This document shows, one piece after another, positions 48,601-58,858 of a stretch of DNA of 64,000 nt. How positions within the stretch are numbered: the stretch's first letter is position 1; each line of letters starts with the position of its first letter. Position numbers and translations under genes: made by a program. The notes under the pieces are model-generated. The model was not told the origin of the DNA. It was given only the letters and a program-made list of their open reading frames with translations, and did no database searches. This DNA is from a virus: positions 69,731 through 133,730 of the IMG/VR virus record IMGVR_UViG_3300030108_003783; one strand, given 5' to 3'.

Positions 48601-48771
48601 TTTGGAACATTAGATTCTGAAAATCTAAGTTCAATGGAAAGCATGTTCAGTTATTTAAAATCTGAATTTGACTATATTATTATCATATCTCATATAGAGT
48701 CACTAAAAGATGTAACAGATTCTTTAATAGAAATAAATAGGAAAGGAGATTTCTCTAACGTTATTTGTTAA
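45628..48771 (+). CDS. Fused SbcD/Mre11 nuclease - SbcC/Rad50 ATPase
   Basis: ADVH, AGD, GNHD, GDIH; Walker A APNHIGKS; CSFC hook; TSGME; IDEGFG; ISH. Confidence 0.9.
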   Translation: MQHIKINFDEVDKILHIADVHIRNYQRHKEYRSIFKELYKAVKALPNNSLVYIAGDIVHNKTDISPELIEITSEFLKNLADLKPTIIIKGNHDTNLNNDTRLDTLSPIVKNLNHPNLFYLDKTEVYKIADCNFSVFEISDDPKNYIKAKDIEGNNKIALFHGAIDSSATDAGFKVANEEHKINMFDNYDLVLLGDIHKRQFLNKEKTVCYAGSLIQQNFGEAYENHGYIVWDVKTKTHKEYNIKNEYGYYTVHIQDGHIEQNLNDIPKYPRLRFKTINTTQAQIKEVVKEIRKKCKVQDVIVIREDKIKGSSENKSSRRLTKDVRNVDYQNQMIQEYLEKNHQIQDDITKEIKIINRNLNKNLSDIEVGRGIDWKPIKFEFSNMFSYGPNNSVEFEKLNGLIGIFAPNHIGKSALLDALSFCLFDRCSRGKKADDIMNTQKSTFSCKLHFKIEEIDYYIERRAKRRRNNTKIRVDVDFWYIDEGGERVDLNGEQRRDTDKNIRGIVGEYEDFILTALSVQGNNTGFIEKTQTERKELLSQFLDITVFEELYQLANEDIKEVQILLKDFNKTNYDSELIEAEEELKVFQKEYKSSSSKVSKIKEKIKFVNEEIKEMYKSLKKIKKDYDIDELEANKKQLLKEIEIDLQKLEKYSNYTNANKIKYKELDTKICSLDIENEREKHRVALLKEKEIQSLKSRLEVLKTNAKSAKEKIEAIGTFDPNCSFCKDNSFVKSAEKLKSDLLSYKDLYIEISNKLKECEKEFKASGDTETILEEYAKWMSNLSQIKVYQSEIKVKTVTRKANIKRCKSEIRAIEKDIKKYYEKEEAILFNEKVNSNISKKEFEKKKWEADLELKEESLLQNHSSVNLWKTKVEDINNTIEKAHQLEIKLKSYEYYLEAIQRDGIPYEIISEVLPYIQEEVNTILSQMVDFKIEFEVDGKSVLTYIVYDDKRWSLELTSGMEKFISSLAIRVALINVSNLPRPNFLAIDEGFGTLDSENLSSMESMFSYLKSEFDYIIIISHIESLKDVTDSLIEINRKGDFSNVIC

Positions 48772-48830
48772 CTTGATATTTATATATGAAACTTAAGGTA
48801 GACTTAAGTTGATATAAATAGGAGAAAAAA

Positions 48831-50918
48831 GTGATTCGTAAAAGAGCAAAGAGAAAGAACCTTGCCGGTGGTCAAAACTATTTGATCACGGATAACAAGT
48901 ACGATTCAGCCTATTTTAAAGTATCAGAATTAAAATCAGAATTACATGGTGGAAAGAATATCTTTAAATTAAAAGGTAATTCAGCTTTATTAGAAAAGGG
49001 TTATCCTGTAGAAATAGAAGTAACTATGGAAAACCAGGAAGAGCCAATCTATCATGAAGTAAATAAGTTTATAGATTCTTCTCAAAGGAGAATTATAACT
49101 ATCTATATATACCCAGAGCAAGATCCAGGTATTGCAACAATAACAATTGTTGGTGTAGCAAGAAGAAGACCTAATGGCAGATTAATACCTGAATCTTTTA
49201 AAGGTAAACGGAATGTAATATGGCAAAGAGAAGTTTTTGTAGATGCAGAAAAACCAAACATTACCGATATACTATTTGCACAGCAACCAAGAATAACTAT
49301 CAATGAACATGTAAAATCTGTTCTAAGTGAATCTTTCCAACAAGGTACAACATCAGAAGTAACATTACAAAACCAAGGAAGTATATCGTATTCTTATCCT
49401 CAAGAAAGCCCAGTTGGAGGTTTTGGTAGTAAAGGAGCTAATGTTCCCAATATAATTGCAACTGCAACGGGATTTACATTTTCTTCATCTATGGAAGGTG
49501 GAACTTTAACTATACCTAATCCAACTTCTACTGCAAACCCACAACCTAACAGCAATCTAACAAATATACCAGCTTTTAAAGCTAGTGGACAACCTAATAC
49601 TACAGATTACACTGCTTCTATAGTCCAAGTGATTAATTCTACTACAGCAAAACTTTCTACGCCATATCAATATGAATATTTTTATTCTCATACTACTTCC
49701 CCTTCAAAAGGGTTCCAAGGTCCAGTTTCATATGATATAAGAATTACATACTCACCATTTACTTTTTCTTCTAATACTTATAAGATAGCTTATAATCAAG
49801 AAGCCATAGATTTAACAGTGTCTTCTTTAAACAAAGTTTCTTATGCAAATATTATATTAGCAAATATAGATCCAATAGGTGGAGATGTATATAGAACAAA
49901 GGTGTCGATGAGAACTGCTGGGCTTCAAACTTTTGATTTACTAGCAGATGAAGTAATAGAGTCTAATGAATTATTAGTAGATGAAAATAACGTATTTAAA
50001 ATTCAAAAATTAGGCTTCTTCCCATCTGGTGATTCTGGACAAGCTATAACAAAATGGAATGCTACTATAGTAAAAAAAGACCCAACGTTTACAGCTACAC
50101 CTGAAATAAAAAGAGACTCTGAAACGCTAATAGATGCAATGATGATATCTGGTTCATTAGCATTATCTGGTTCAGCAAATAGAGATCAAAATTATGTAAG
50201 AGTTAATTGCACTAAACCTATACAAGTTTTTAAAGATTGTAATTATGTAATATCTTTTAAAACAAGAGCATTTACTGAATTAGACGACGAAAGAAATTCT
50301 AATAATAAAGGTAGAGCTGAAATGAGAGTTTATTTATCAGGTTCTGCAGTTGACGAATTTGTACCAGGATTAGGTGCTAGATTAGATGCTGGTCAATTAA
50401 GAGGCCCATCAGTATCACCTGTTAATATATTTAATCCTATAGATTTTAAAAATAATAATTTTAATGCTAATCCTCAAATGTTTATGAATGTTGCTAAGTC
50501 AAGTACAGTAGCTTTTGGAACACCAACAACAGAAGTAGGAATACCAGACATAGGAGCTAATTCATTACCAGCCGTTGATAAAGATCTTATGATCTTTGAT
50601 TTTACACCAGTTAGAGATGGAACTATAGTACCAGTATTTCAAGTAAAATTTGGTAAATGGGTTGTATCTCAAATTTCTATAAAGTCTGGTATAGAATCAG
50701 GTTTTACACCTAATCACACTATTATAGAAGCAAGAGTGCCAGAATATCAAAATGACGATATATTAGATTTTAAAATTGAATTTTTTAATATCAATAGTGT
50801 TAGATCCGATTTAATATTATTAAAAGAAAATATAAGTTTTGAAGGTGGTAATACTTATATAAATAATGAAGGATTTCTTGGTGAAGGTATAATTTTCGAT
50901 GGGAAGATAGGAGCATAA
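48831..50918 (+). CDS. Structural protein (tail-associated)
   Basis: Late promoter, AGGAG+GTG; beta-rich. Confidence 0.6.
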   Translation: MIRKRAKRKNLAGGQNYLITDNKYDSAYFKVSELKSELHGGKNIFKLKGNSALLEKGYPVEIEVTMENQEEPIYHEVNKFIDSSQRRIITIYIYPEQDPGIATITIVGVARRRPNGRLIPESFKGKRNVIWQREVFVDAEKPNITDILFAQQPRITINEHVKSVLSESFQQGTTSEVTLQNQGSISYSYPQESPVGGFGSKGANVPNIIATATGFTFSSSMEGGTLTIPNPTSTANPQPNSNLTNIPAFKASGQPNTTDYTASIVQVINSTTAKLSTPYQYEYFYSHTTSPSKGFQGPVSYDIRITYSPFTFSSNTYKIAYNQEAIDLTVSSLNKVSYANIILANIDPIGGDVYRTKVSMRTAGLQTFDLLADEVIESNELLVDENNVFKIQKLGFFPSGDSGQAITKWNATIVKKDPTFTATPEIKRDSETLIDAMMISGSLALSGSANRDQNYVRVNCTKPIQVFKDCNYVISFKTRAFTELDDERNSNNKGRAEMRVYLSGSAVDEFVPGLGARLDAGQLRGPSVSPVNIFNPIDFKNNNFNANPQMFMNVAKSSTVAFGTPTTEVGIPDIGANSLPAVDKDLMIFDFTPVRDGTIVPVFQVKFGKWVVSQISIKSGIESGFTPNHTIIEARVPEYQNDDILDFKIEFFNINSVRSDLILLKENISFEGGNTYINNEGFLGEGIIFDGKIGA

Positions 50919-50921
50919 TAA

Positions 50922-53900
50922 ATGGCAAATTTAAGAACACTAGATTATATGGGATTCAAAGCTGCTAGTTCTTCTTTAGGAACAAGCGGATGGATGTTCT
51001 GGTCTGGTTCAAAAGTTTTAACTGGATCTGGTGCAGCAAATGGTCTTGATACGACATACGATGGTATAGGGTTAGAAGCAGCTTTACATTCCGAAAGCTT
51101 TTTCAGATATTCAGCCTCTTCAGCTGGATCTGGTTTAGAAATTAGAACTGATACATTTTTCTTAGGATCTTCGGCACAATTTATTTCTGGGTCTGGTGGT
51201 AACATAGGAATATCTTCTTCTAACTTTGAATTAACTTCTGATGGTAATGTTACAATGCAAGGAACTATTACAGCTACTGCTGGTGATATTGGTGGCTTTA
51301 CAATTACTGATAAAGCTATAGCAAGTTCTGATCTTGCTTTAGTATTATCTGGGTCAGGAGTTATAACTGCATCATCTGGTAAGATTGGTGGCTTTGTATT
51401 AAGTGCAACATCAATAAGTAGTTCTGGTTTATTATTAAAATCTTCTGGACAGATAACCGGTAGTAAAGTTCAATTTACTGGAGGAGATATAGGAGGATTC
51501 GCATTAACATCAACTCAAATAAGTAGCTCTGGTTTATTGTTAAAATCTTCTGGACAGATCACTGGTTCAAAAGTATTATTCACTGGTGGAAAGATCGCAG
51601 GGTGGACTATAGATGAAGAAAAACTATCAAATACTGGTGTACATGTAAGTGCAAGTTATGGTATAAAAGCTTTTGACGCTACAGCTGCAAATAACGATTT
51701 TGTAGAATTAAAGTATAAAGCAAACGATAATTTTGGTATTATAGGAAAATCTGCAGGAAATACAATTTTCTCTTTAGGTAAGAATCTAATATCTGGTGTT
51801 GCAAATAATCAAATAGCTGGCTGGGAATTTGACAATGAAAAACTTACTGGTGGTGCAATGATTATTAGAAAAGATGGAACTATCGAATCTGATGGTTTTG
51901 CTTCAAATTTAGCTGGGTCTGGTTTTAGATTAACTGCTGCAAGTGGTGGTTTCTTAGAAGTAGAGAATGCAAGGATTAGAGGAACTCTGTCAACAGCTGT
52001 ATTTGAAAAAGAAGCAGTCAATGCAGTTGGTGGTCAATTGTATGTTGCAAACTCTACTACTTTAACTGGCTCTACATTCCCAACTACATTAGAACCTTCT
52101 GGATACACTTCTTCAGAGTATCCTGCAAATGAAACAACAATGTCAGTAGTAAATGTTACGGGCTTTGCAGTAGGAGAAATATTAACTGCAAAGAAAATAA
52201 CTGATACAGGTTTTGCAACAGAATATATGAAAGTTGAATCTTCTTCTAGATTTGCTGGAAGTAGTGATAATGACTTTACTGGTGCAATTTATGTAGAAAG
52301 AGGATTAGGTCAAAGTTTCGCTGGAGCTTCTGGTTCTCTTGGAGATGGAGGTGGTTCTGCTCAAGCATACTCTGGGTCACAAGTAATAGTATCAACTGGT
52401 AAACGGGGTACAGGGTATATTAGATTAAATGCTAATCCAAACGACCCAACAACGCCATATATAGATATAGTAGAAAGAACCGGGTCAGATGTTTATGATG
52501 TAGATTTAAAAGCAAGACTTGGAGATTTATCTGGAGTTACTGATTCTAAATTTAGCGATGGAGTAACTGGTTTTGGTTTATATACACAAAACGGGTATTT
52601 TTCTGGTAAGATAGAAGTCGCAAGTTTACCAGGGTTACCAACAAAAGATCCAACCTATCATTATGACTTTAATACAGGAAATGGATCAGTAGTATACAAT
52701 ACAGTTGGTACTGACTTAAATCATATTAGCGGTACTATTGTTAACCCTAATGATTGTTGGGTTTCTGGAAGTGGAAATTTTATAACAGGTGGTAAAGCTT
52801 TAAAATTTGAATCGGGTAAAAATACTCGTATAGAAATAGAAGATAGAGAATGGTACTATCCAGGAGGTTCAACTACTCCAATTAATTCTGCTAGTTTATC
52901 TGTTTGGATAAAACCTGAAAACGTTGCTCATACTGAACCGCAAATTGTTTGGGAAGCTGGGGGAGCATCAAATGGTAAATGTTTATACGTTAGTAGCAGT
53001 CACGTTTGGTTTACAGTTTGGGAAGGGTCTTCAAATAATTACGATGCTTTAAAGGTTTCTGCATCTATAGAATCTAATGTTTGGACTCATGTTGCAGCCA
53101 CAACTTATCATGGTACAGCAAGTATATATTTAAATGGTACTCACAAAAAGACTGAAACTGGGCATCCTGATATAAACACGAATGGAGTAAATTATTCAGG
53201 GTTTACAGGAATAGGAGCATCACATAATGATTCTGCAATAATAACTTCTAGTTTTACACAAACTTCAGGAGCTGTTTCTGGGGATGGTAAAAATCCTTTT
53301 ACTGGTTCTATAGACGAACTAAGAGTTTATGGTCATCACAAATTAACAGCCAATAATATTACAGCTTTATATCAATCGCCAGCAGGAACAGTTGGTGGAT
53401 CAACAGTTATAGAAGGTAATAGAATAAAAACTGGTAGAATACTTTCAACAAATTATGGAGCTTCAGTTGGTTCTGAAATAGATTTAGATAATGGTACAAT
53501 AAAATTAGGTGGCTCATCTGCTCCAGATTTTGCAGTAGATGAATCGGGAGCAGTAACTGCAAGTGCTGGTAAAATTGCAAGTTGGACAATTAATGCTTCT
53601 ACTTTAACTGGTGGTTCAACTACATTGAATTCAAATGGTACAATTACATGTGCAGATTTACAAGCATCAACTGGTGGAAACATTGCTGGCTGGACTATAT
53701 CTTCAACAAAGCTTTCAAAGAATGGTACTTCTAATGCAAATTATATGGCCTTAGATGCAGGAAATCAAAAATTACAAATTGGAGGAAATAGTAAAACAAG
53801 AGTAGAGCTTAGCGGAGGTTCATTACAATATTTCTCTGGGTCAAATAATACAGCATTTTTACAGACTGTAACATCTCCATCAACTATAGAAGTGATTACA

Positions 53901-54974
53901 AAACAAATAAAGTGGATGTCAATGAACAACACTCCAGATAATCTAGACACAAATAGAAAGTTTGCTGGATTAATAATAAGCGCTTCAAATCCCTCGTATA
54001 ATTTCTTTGGCCAAATGACAGCTTCGTATTATAATACTATGGGTATGCCTTTTACAAATACGGGTGACACCTTCTCTCCTACTGAATGGCATGGTCCAGG
54101 TACATTACAAGGTACATTTGCTAGTAACGGTTGGACTCAAACTCCCGAGTTTGTAGAATACGGTATAAACTTAAAAACGCCGGGATCTTTTTCTACTTTA
54201 TATGCATATCAACATAAATCTGAAAATAGAGTTCAACTTCCTACTGGTACATGGTATGGTCCAAGTCAAGGGCCACAGCCATCTCCAGGTGGTAATTTTG
54301 GAGGTAATAGTCTAGGAGGAATACCTTCTACAGATCATACAAAGGTTTTAGTTGGAGGAAGAGAGCAAGAATATTTTTCTCATAGATTTGCAACTTCCGG
54401 TAGTCACTCTTTACAAGGAGCGTTTTGGAATACTGCAAATGCAAATATTTCAAATGTACTATCAGAGATAGATTTTACATACAATAATACATATTCAGCT
54501 CCACAAGTATATGGGTTTCATTGCCAAATATCATCCACATCAACAACAGCTGCTAATCGTTATTGCTTTTATGGAGACGGAGGACATATTTATACTACAG
54601 GAGATGTCAGAGCTGGTGGAGATGTTGTTGCATTTCAAACGTCTGATAAAAGATTAAAATATGATATTAATACAATAGATTCTGCATTAACAAAACTTGA
54701 TAAAATAAATGGTGTATCTTTTAGATGGAAAAAATTAAACGATGAAAGAGCTCAAAAAATATCTAGAAATCACTTAATAACAAAGGGATTAGATTATGGA
54801 GTAATAGCTCAAGAAATTGAGAAAGTATTACCAGAAGTTGTAAGAACTGGAGATCATGGGTATAAATCTGTTAGATATGAAAAGATAATACCTTTGTTAA
54901 TAGAATCTATAAAAGAATTAAATGAAGAAGTAAAAACATTAAAGAAAAAATTAGGAGATAAAGATGCCGGGTAA
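50922..54974 (+). CDS. Tail fibre with LamG domain and C-terminal intramolecular chaperone (peptidase S74)
   Basis: G-I-G/AG-F/W repeats; WTHVA..FTGSIDELRVY; SDKRLK..GVIAQE..V.Y..IIPLLIESIKEL. Confidence 0.85.
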   Translation: MANLRTLDYMGFKAASSSLGTSGWMFWSGSKVLTGSGAANGLDTTYDGIGLEAALHSESFFRYSASSAGSGLEIRTDTFFLGSSAQFISGSGGNIGISSSNFELTSDGNVTMQGTITATAGDIGGFTITDKAIASSDLALVLSGSGVITASSGKIGGFVLSATSISSSGLLLKSSGQITGSKVQFTGGDIGGFALTSTQISSSGLLLKSSGQITGSKVLFTGGKIAGWTIDEEKLSNTGVHVSASYGIKAFDATAANNDFVELKYKANDNFGIIGKSAGNTIFSLGKNLISGVANNQIAGWEFDNEKLTGGAMIIRKDGTIESDGFASNLAGSGFRLTAASGGFLEVENARIRGTLSTAVFEKEAVNAVGGQLYVANSTTLTGSTFPTTLEPSGYTSSEYPANETTMSVVNVTGFAVGEILTAKKITDTGFATEYMKVESSSRFAGSSDNDFTGAIYVERGLGQSFAGASGSLGDGGGSAQAYSGSQVIVSTGKRGTGYIRLNANPNDPTTPYIDIVERTGSDVYDVDLKARLGDLSGVTDSKFSDGVTGFGLYTQNGYFSGKIEVASLPGLPTKDPTYHYDFNTGNGSVVYNTVGTDLNHISGTIVNPNDCWVSGSGNFITGGKALKFESGKNTRIEIEDREWYYPGGSTTPINSASLSVWIKPENVAHTEPQIVWEAGGASNGKCLYVSSSHVWFTVWEGSSNNYDALKVSASIESNVWTHVAATTYHGTASIYLNGTHKKTETGHPDINTNGVNYSGFTGIGASHNDSAIITSSFTQTSGAVSGDGKNPFTGSIDELRVYGHHKLTANNITALYQSPAGTVGGSTVIEGNRIKTGRILSTNYGASVGSEIDLDNGTIKLGGSSAPDFAVDESGAVTASAGKIASWTINASTLTGGSTTLNSNGTITCADLQASTGGNIAGWTISSTKLSKNGTSNANYMALDAGNQKLQIGGNSKTRVELSGGSLQYFSGSNNTAFLQTVTSPSTIEVITKQIKWMSMNNTPDNLDTNRKFAGLIISASNPSYNFFGQMTASYYNTMGMPFTNTGDTFSPTEWHGPGTLQGTFASNGWTQTPEFVEYGINLKTPGSFSTLYAYQHKSENRVQLPTGTWYGPSQGPQPSPGGNFGGNSLGGIPSTDHTKVLVGGREQEYFSHRFATSGSHSLQGAFWNTANANISNVLSEIDFTYNNTYSAPQVYGFHCQISSTSTTAANRYCFYGDGGHIYTTGDVRAGGDVVAFQTSDKRLKYDINTIDSALTKLDKINGVSFRWKKLNDERAQKISRNHLITKGLDYGVIAQEIEKVLPEVVRTGDHGYKSVRYEKIIPLLIESIKELNEEVKTLKKKLGDKDAG

Positions 54975-55368
54975 TAATAAAAAAATTAATGAACTTTGGA
55001 AAGCAACACCAGGTGGATTAGGGTTAATGTATGCAGTTCAAGGGCCGCCTTATTTAAATCAAAGAGGAAACCAATATGCACCTTCAGCTGGTCCAGGAAC
55101 TCCTAACTCTTCTTTAAGACAAAGATACGACGATTGTAAAGCATTAGCAGATGTATATTCACCTTTCAATCCTAATGGTTATACTTTCGATGATGGTAAT
55201 TTAGTGGGAGGGTCTGTAGCTAATCAAAAAATTAGTCACTTCCAAAATACAGATTTAGATGGGGGCTCTGGTTTAGTAGGGGGGACATTTATTAACAGGA
55301 TTATAACCTTTGATTTTTCAACATGGACAATGGTAATTACGAACCAAAATGATTTAAAATTTGGATAG
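54964..55368 (+). CDS. Hypothetical protein, fibre-associated
   Basis: AGGAG RBS. Confidence 0.65.
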   Translation: MPGNNKKINELWKATPGGLGLMYAVQGPPYLNQRGNQYAPSAGPGTPNSSLRQRYDDCKALADVYSPFNPNGYTFDDGNLVGGSVANQKISHFQNTDLDGGSGLVGGTFINRIITFDFSTWTMVITNQNDLKFG

Positions 55369-55377
55369 GAGTATTAT

Positions 55378-57861
55378 ATGCCAATAACACAAAACGCTTT
55401 AATGCCTATATCAGGAGGATTTGCATTTATCCCATCAGCTTCAAACGAAGTGCCGGGAACAGCAATCACAGCTTCTACTTCAGAAATTGTAAAATTAAAT
55501 TTTTTAAATAATCCAGTTTCTCTTTCAACTTATTCTGGTTCTAACTTTACAGGATTGGAATACTTTTTTGCAGCTGGCCCTTATTATAATCATTTATTTT
55601 ATTTCGTTTCTACTTCAAATACTGAACCAGTAATAGAAAGTCACTTTGCTCTAGAGGGTCCATTGTCTGCTTCTACTCTAACAACACAAAATACTCATTT
55701 TTACAAAGTAGCATTAGCTTCTTCATCTACTCATGTAGATATGATTAGAGCTTTTACTGCTTCTGTAGCTTCTGCTGGAACAAGTGGTTCTTATATATTC
55801 TTAAGTTCATCTGAAGCTAATAGGTCTGTTGATGTAAGGTTTTTAGCTGGAACACCTTCTCATTCTTCACATTATCCAACGTCTTCTTTTATTTCTACTT
55901 TTTCTGCTTCAACTGATTCTTATGTTAGTAGTTCAATAGTACAAAGAGGATCTGGTGAAGTTAATACTGCTTTCTTTTCTGGGACTCCAAACGTTTTATC
56001 TTCTTCAACTGAAATGTTTATTGATAAAAATGATGGGACTTCATTTATAATTACAGGATCTTCCAATGCTAAATTTTATTTATCAGGATCTGGTAAAATT
56101 GGAATCGGAACAGAAGAGCCTCTAGCAGATATAGATTTAAGAGCAGATCAATTGCAAATACAAAATCAATCTAATAGAAGAGGAATTAAATTAAATGATG
56201 AAGGAAACATAGAAAGCTTTGATAGAACTTCTGGGGGAGCAACAACTGGAAGTGAATTAATATTAAGATATTCAAGAGGAGTTACTGTTTCTAGAGCTAT
56301 GTTATTAGCAGTTACTGGTGACGATTTTGATACTGAAGAAGGTGCTACAAATGCTTTTAATGATTTCCCGCCAGATGTACAACAAAGCATATTAAGCAAA
56401 GGTGAAGCTCTTGGGTTTATTTCTCCTGGTCAAGCTGGAGATACACTAGGAGCTATAAGATGGGTAGCTGAATCTGGCTCTTTAGGTGATTATGATGAAA
56501 GAGTCTCTGGAGAGGCTGCAGTAATAAAAGCAGTTATTGACGATAACGATGCAACTGGAACAGCAGCAGATTTAGTTTTCATGACAGCCGGAAAATCTGG
56601 AGCAGCAGTCCAAAGATTATTATTAGAATCTAATGGTGCAAATCAAATAACAGGGTCTTTATCTATAAATGGAACCGTAAGACAAACTGGTAATCATATT
56701 GTAGGAGGCTATGTAAGTATGAGTGGCCATTTAAAAGGTAAAAATTCTGGAGATGGTTCTTCTGATATAAGCGGTTTTGATGACTTAAGTATATTCGGTA
56801 ATGCAACATTAGGTAACAATGGAAATGAGATTCATACATTCTATGGAAACTTAACTGGGTCAACACTTAGTAGTGGAGGAAATATAAAAGCAAAAAATAT
56901 AAATCTTTCTGGAGATTTAACTGCAACTAATATTAATGCTACTAGTTTAACAGTTACAAATATAACTTCTTCTAATTTAACTTCTTCTATAATAATAACA
57001 AGCGGATCAAATATCTTTGGAGATACCTCTGCAGATACACATACTTTCAATGGAAGTATTACAGCATCTAATGATATAAAGGTAAGTGGTAAAGTTATAG
57101 CAGATCTTGCCAATGGATTATATTTAGGCACTACTCAAGCTGTATATGTTGATAGCGGAATATTCTATGTTGGAGCTGCTGGTGCTAATTCTCATATAGA
57201 TGGAGCAGATATAGAATTAGATGCAACAGGAGATATAGATTTTGATGCTGCAGGTAATGAGGTAAAATTTTCAAAAGCAGGAACAACGAGAGTTACTATA
57301 AATACTCTCACAGGTAATATAACAGCTTCAGGTGATATAAGTGCAAGTGGAGAAATATACTCTGCAACAAAACAATATTGGTCAACAACTGGTAGATTAG
57401 TAGTTTCTAATAATACAACAAATTATTATGGTCCAAACAATCAAGGTGTTAATTATTATTATTGGAATAGAGATTTAGGAACATCATCAACTACGATTAC
57501 AAGCAAAACTCAAACACTGAATTCTGGCTTCAAGTTACCTTATAAAGCTATATTAACTGGTTATCATTTAAATATACAAGGAAGATCTACTACCGACGAT
57601 ATTAAATTTACATTAGTATATTCTAATGGAATGTTTGATGGAGATGTTACAAGTACTTCTCAAACTCTAGCAGAAGCAGAATCTGAACAAACTATAACTA
57701 TATCAGCACAAAATAATTTTTATGAACTAGACAGAAGAGGTCAATTTGCAATAGCAGTTAATCCTATGACAATGCTATACCCAAGATTTAGAAAAGCAGC
57801 TGCAACTGGTGGAACAAATTACGACTTTCAATTAGCTGTAGAATATATAATAGCAAAATAG
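55378..57861 (+). CDS. Tail fibre-like protein
   Basis: GKIGIGT, GSNIFGD..DTHTFNGS, GNITASGDISASG. Confidence 0.7.
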   Translation: MPITQNALMPISGGFAFIPSASNEVPGTAITASTSEIVKLNFLNNPVSLSTYSGSNFTGLEYFFAAGPYYNHLFYFVSTSNTEPVIESHFALEGPLSASTLTTQNTHFYKVALASSSTHVDMIRAFTASVASAGTSGSYIFLSSSEANRSVDVRFLAGTPSHSSHYPTSSFISTFSASTDSYVSSSIVQRGSGEVNTAFFSGTPNVLSSSTEMFIDKNDGTSFIITGSSNAKFYLSGSGKIGIGTEEPLADIDLRADQLQIQNQSNRRGIKLNDEGNIESFDRTSGGATTGSELILRYSRGVTVSRAMLLAVTGDDFDTEEGATNAFNDFPPDVQQSILSKGEALGFISPGQAGDTLGAIRWVAESGSLGDYDERVSGEAAVIKAVIDDNDATGTAADLVFMTAGKSGAAVQRLLLESNGANQITGSLSINGTVRQTGNHIVGGYVSMSGHLKGKNSGDGSSDISGFDDLSIFGNATLGNNGNEIHTFYGNLTGSTLSSGGNIKAKNINLSGDLTATNINATSLTVTNITSSNLTSSIIITSGSNIFGDTSADTHTFNGSITASNDIKVSGKVIADLANGLYLGTTQAVYVDSGIFYVGAAGANSHIDGADIELDATGDIDFDAAGNEVKFSKAGTTRVTINTLTGNITASGDISASGEIYSATKQYWSTTGRLVVSNNTTNYYGPNNQGVNYYYWNRDLGTSSTTITSKTQTLNSGFKLPYKAILTGYHLNIQGRSTTDDIKFTLVYSNGMFDGDVTSTSQTLAEAESEQTITISAQNNFYELDRRGQFAIAVNPMTMLYPRFRKAAATGGTNYDFQLAVEYIIAK

Positions 57862-57870
57862 GAGATAAAA

Positions 57871-58857
57871 ATGGCAATAAAGAAGTTTTTAGATTTAGAA
57901 AATGAAACAGATAGCAAATTTAACGTTGTTAAAGCTGCTGTTAAAAGAGCTAATATAACAGAAAGATTTGACGATTCAACAGATAATGATAATCCTTATG
58001 ATGATGCATTACAATACATGAATAAAAAAATGGATCAATGTATTGATACTATAAATGCAAATAATAGTGCATCAGGATCTTTAGAAACGAAAGTTAAATC
58101 TTTAACTGCAGCTTCTGCATCTTTTTCTACAAGAGTAACTGCAAATGATGCAAAGACTCCATTAGTGATAGGTACAAAATCTAATCAAGCTTTAAGAGGT
58201 GACACTGTTACTATTACAAATGATCAAGCAAATGCAATAACTGCTAACACTGCAAAAGTTAGTATGGTAATAGGGTCAAAACCAACACAAGCCATGGCAG
58301 GTAATACTACAACTATATCAGATAGTCAAGCTGAAGCTATTACTACTAATTCAGCTAAAACTGGAATAACAACTTCTCAAGCAAATGCAATAACTGCTAA
58401 CACTGCAAAAAGAGATGCAAGATATATTTATTTTCCTGTTATTGCAAATTTCAGTGGTAATATAAACACAGAACAATTTGTACCCTTATCAGATGGTGAA
58501 ACAGAAGCAACTAATCAATTATTAAGAAGAAATAATTTTATAGCACCATGCGCAGGAAATATTCATAAAGTTTTTGTTAGAAGTAATTCAAGTTTATTAA
58601 CTAAAGGTAAGGGTGTAAGTATAACTGCAAAATTGCATAAATACATTAGTGGTACTAATTCAGACGTTTTAACATCAACAGCTACTGCAACAACAGGTGC
58701 TGGTGGAACAACTACGACTATAGATTTATCTGATGCTTCTGGCAATAGTTTTACAGCTGGTACTAGATTATTAGTTGGATTACAAGCTCCGTTGAATGCT
58801 ACTAAAAATTATTATGTAACAGTAGTATTTAAATTAGATCAAAGTGATTTGGATTAA
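57871..58857 (+). CDS. Fibre-like protein with QANAITANTAK repeats
   Basis: Internal repeats; beta-rich C-terminus. Confidence 0.65.
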   Translation: MAIKKFLDLENETDSKFNVVKAAVKRANITERFDDSTDNDNPYDDALQYMNKKMDQCIDTINANNSASGSLETKVKSLTAASASFSTRVTANDAKTPLVIGTKSNQALRGDTVTITNDQANAITANTAKVSMVIGSKPTQAMAGNTTTISDSQAEAITTNSAKTGITTSQANAITANTAKRDARYIYFPVIANFSGNINTEQFVPLSDGETEATNQLLRRNNFIAPCAGNIHKVFVRSNSSLLTKGKGVSITAKLHKYISGTNSDVLTSTATATTGAGGTTTTIDLSDASGNSFTAGTRLLVGLQAPLNATKNYYVTVVFKLDQSDLD

Positions 58858-58858
58858 G

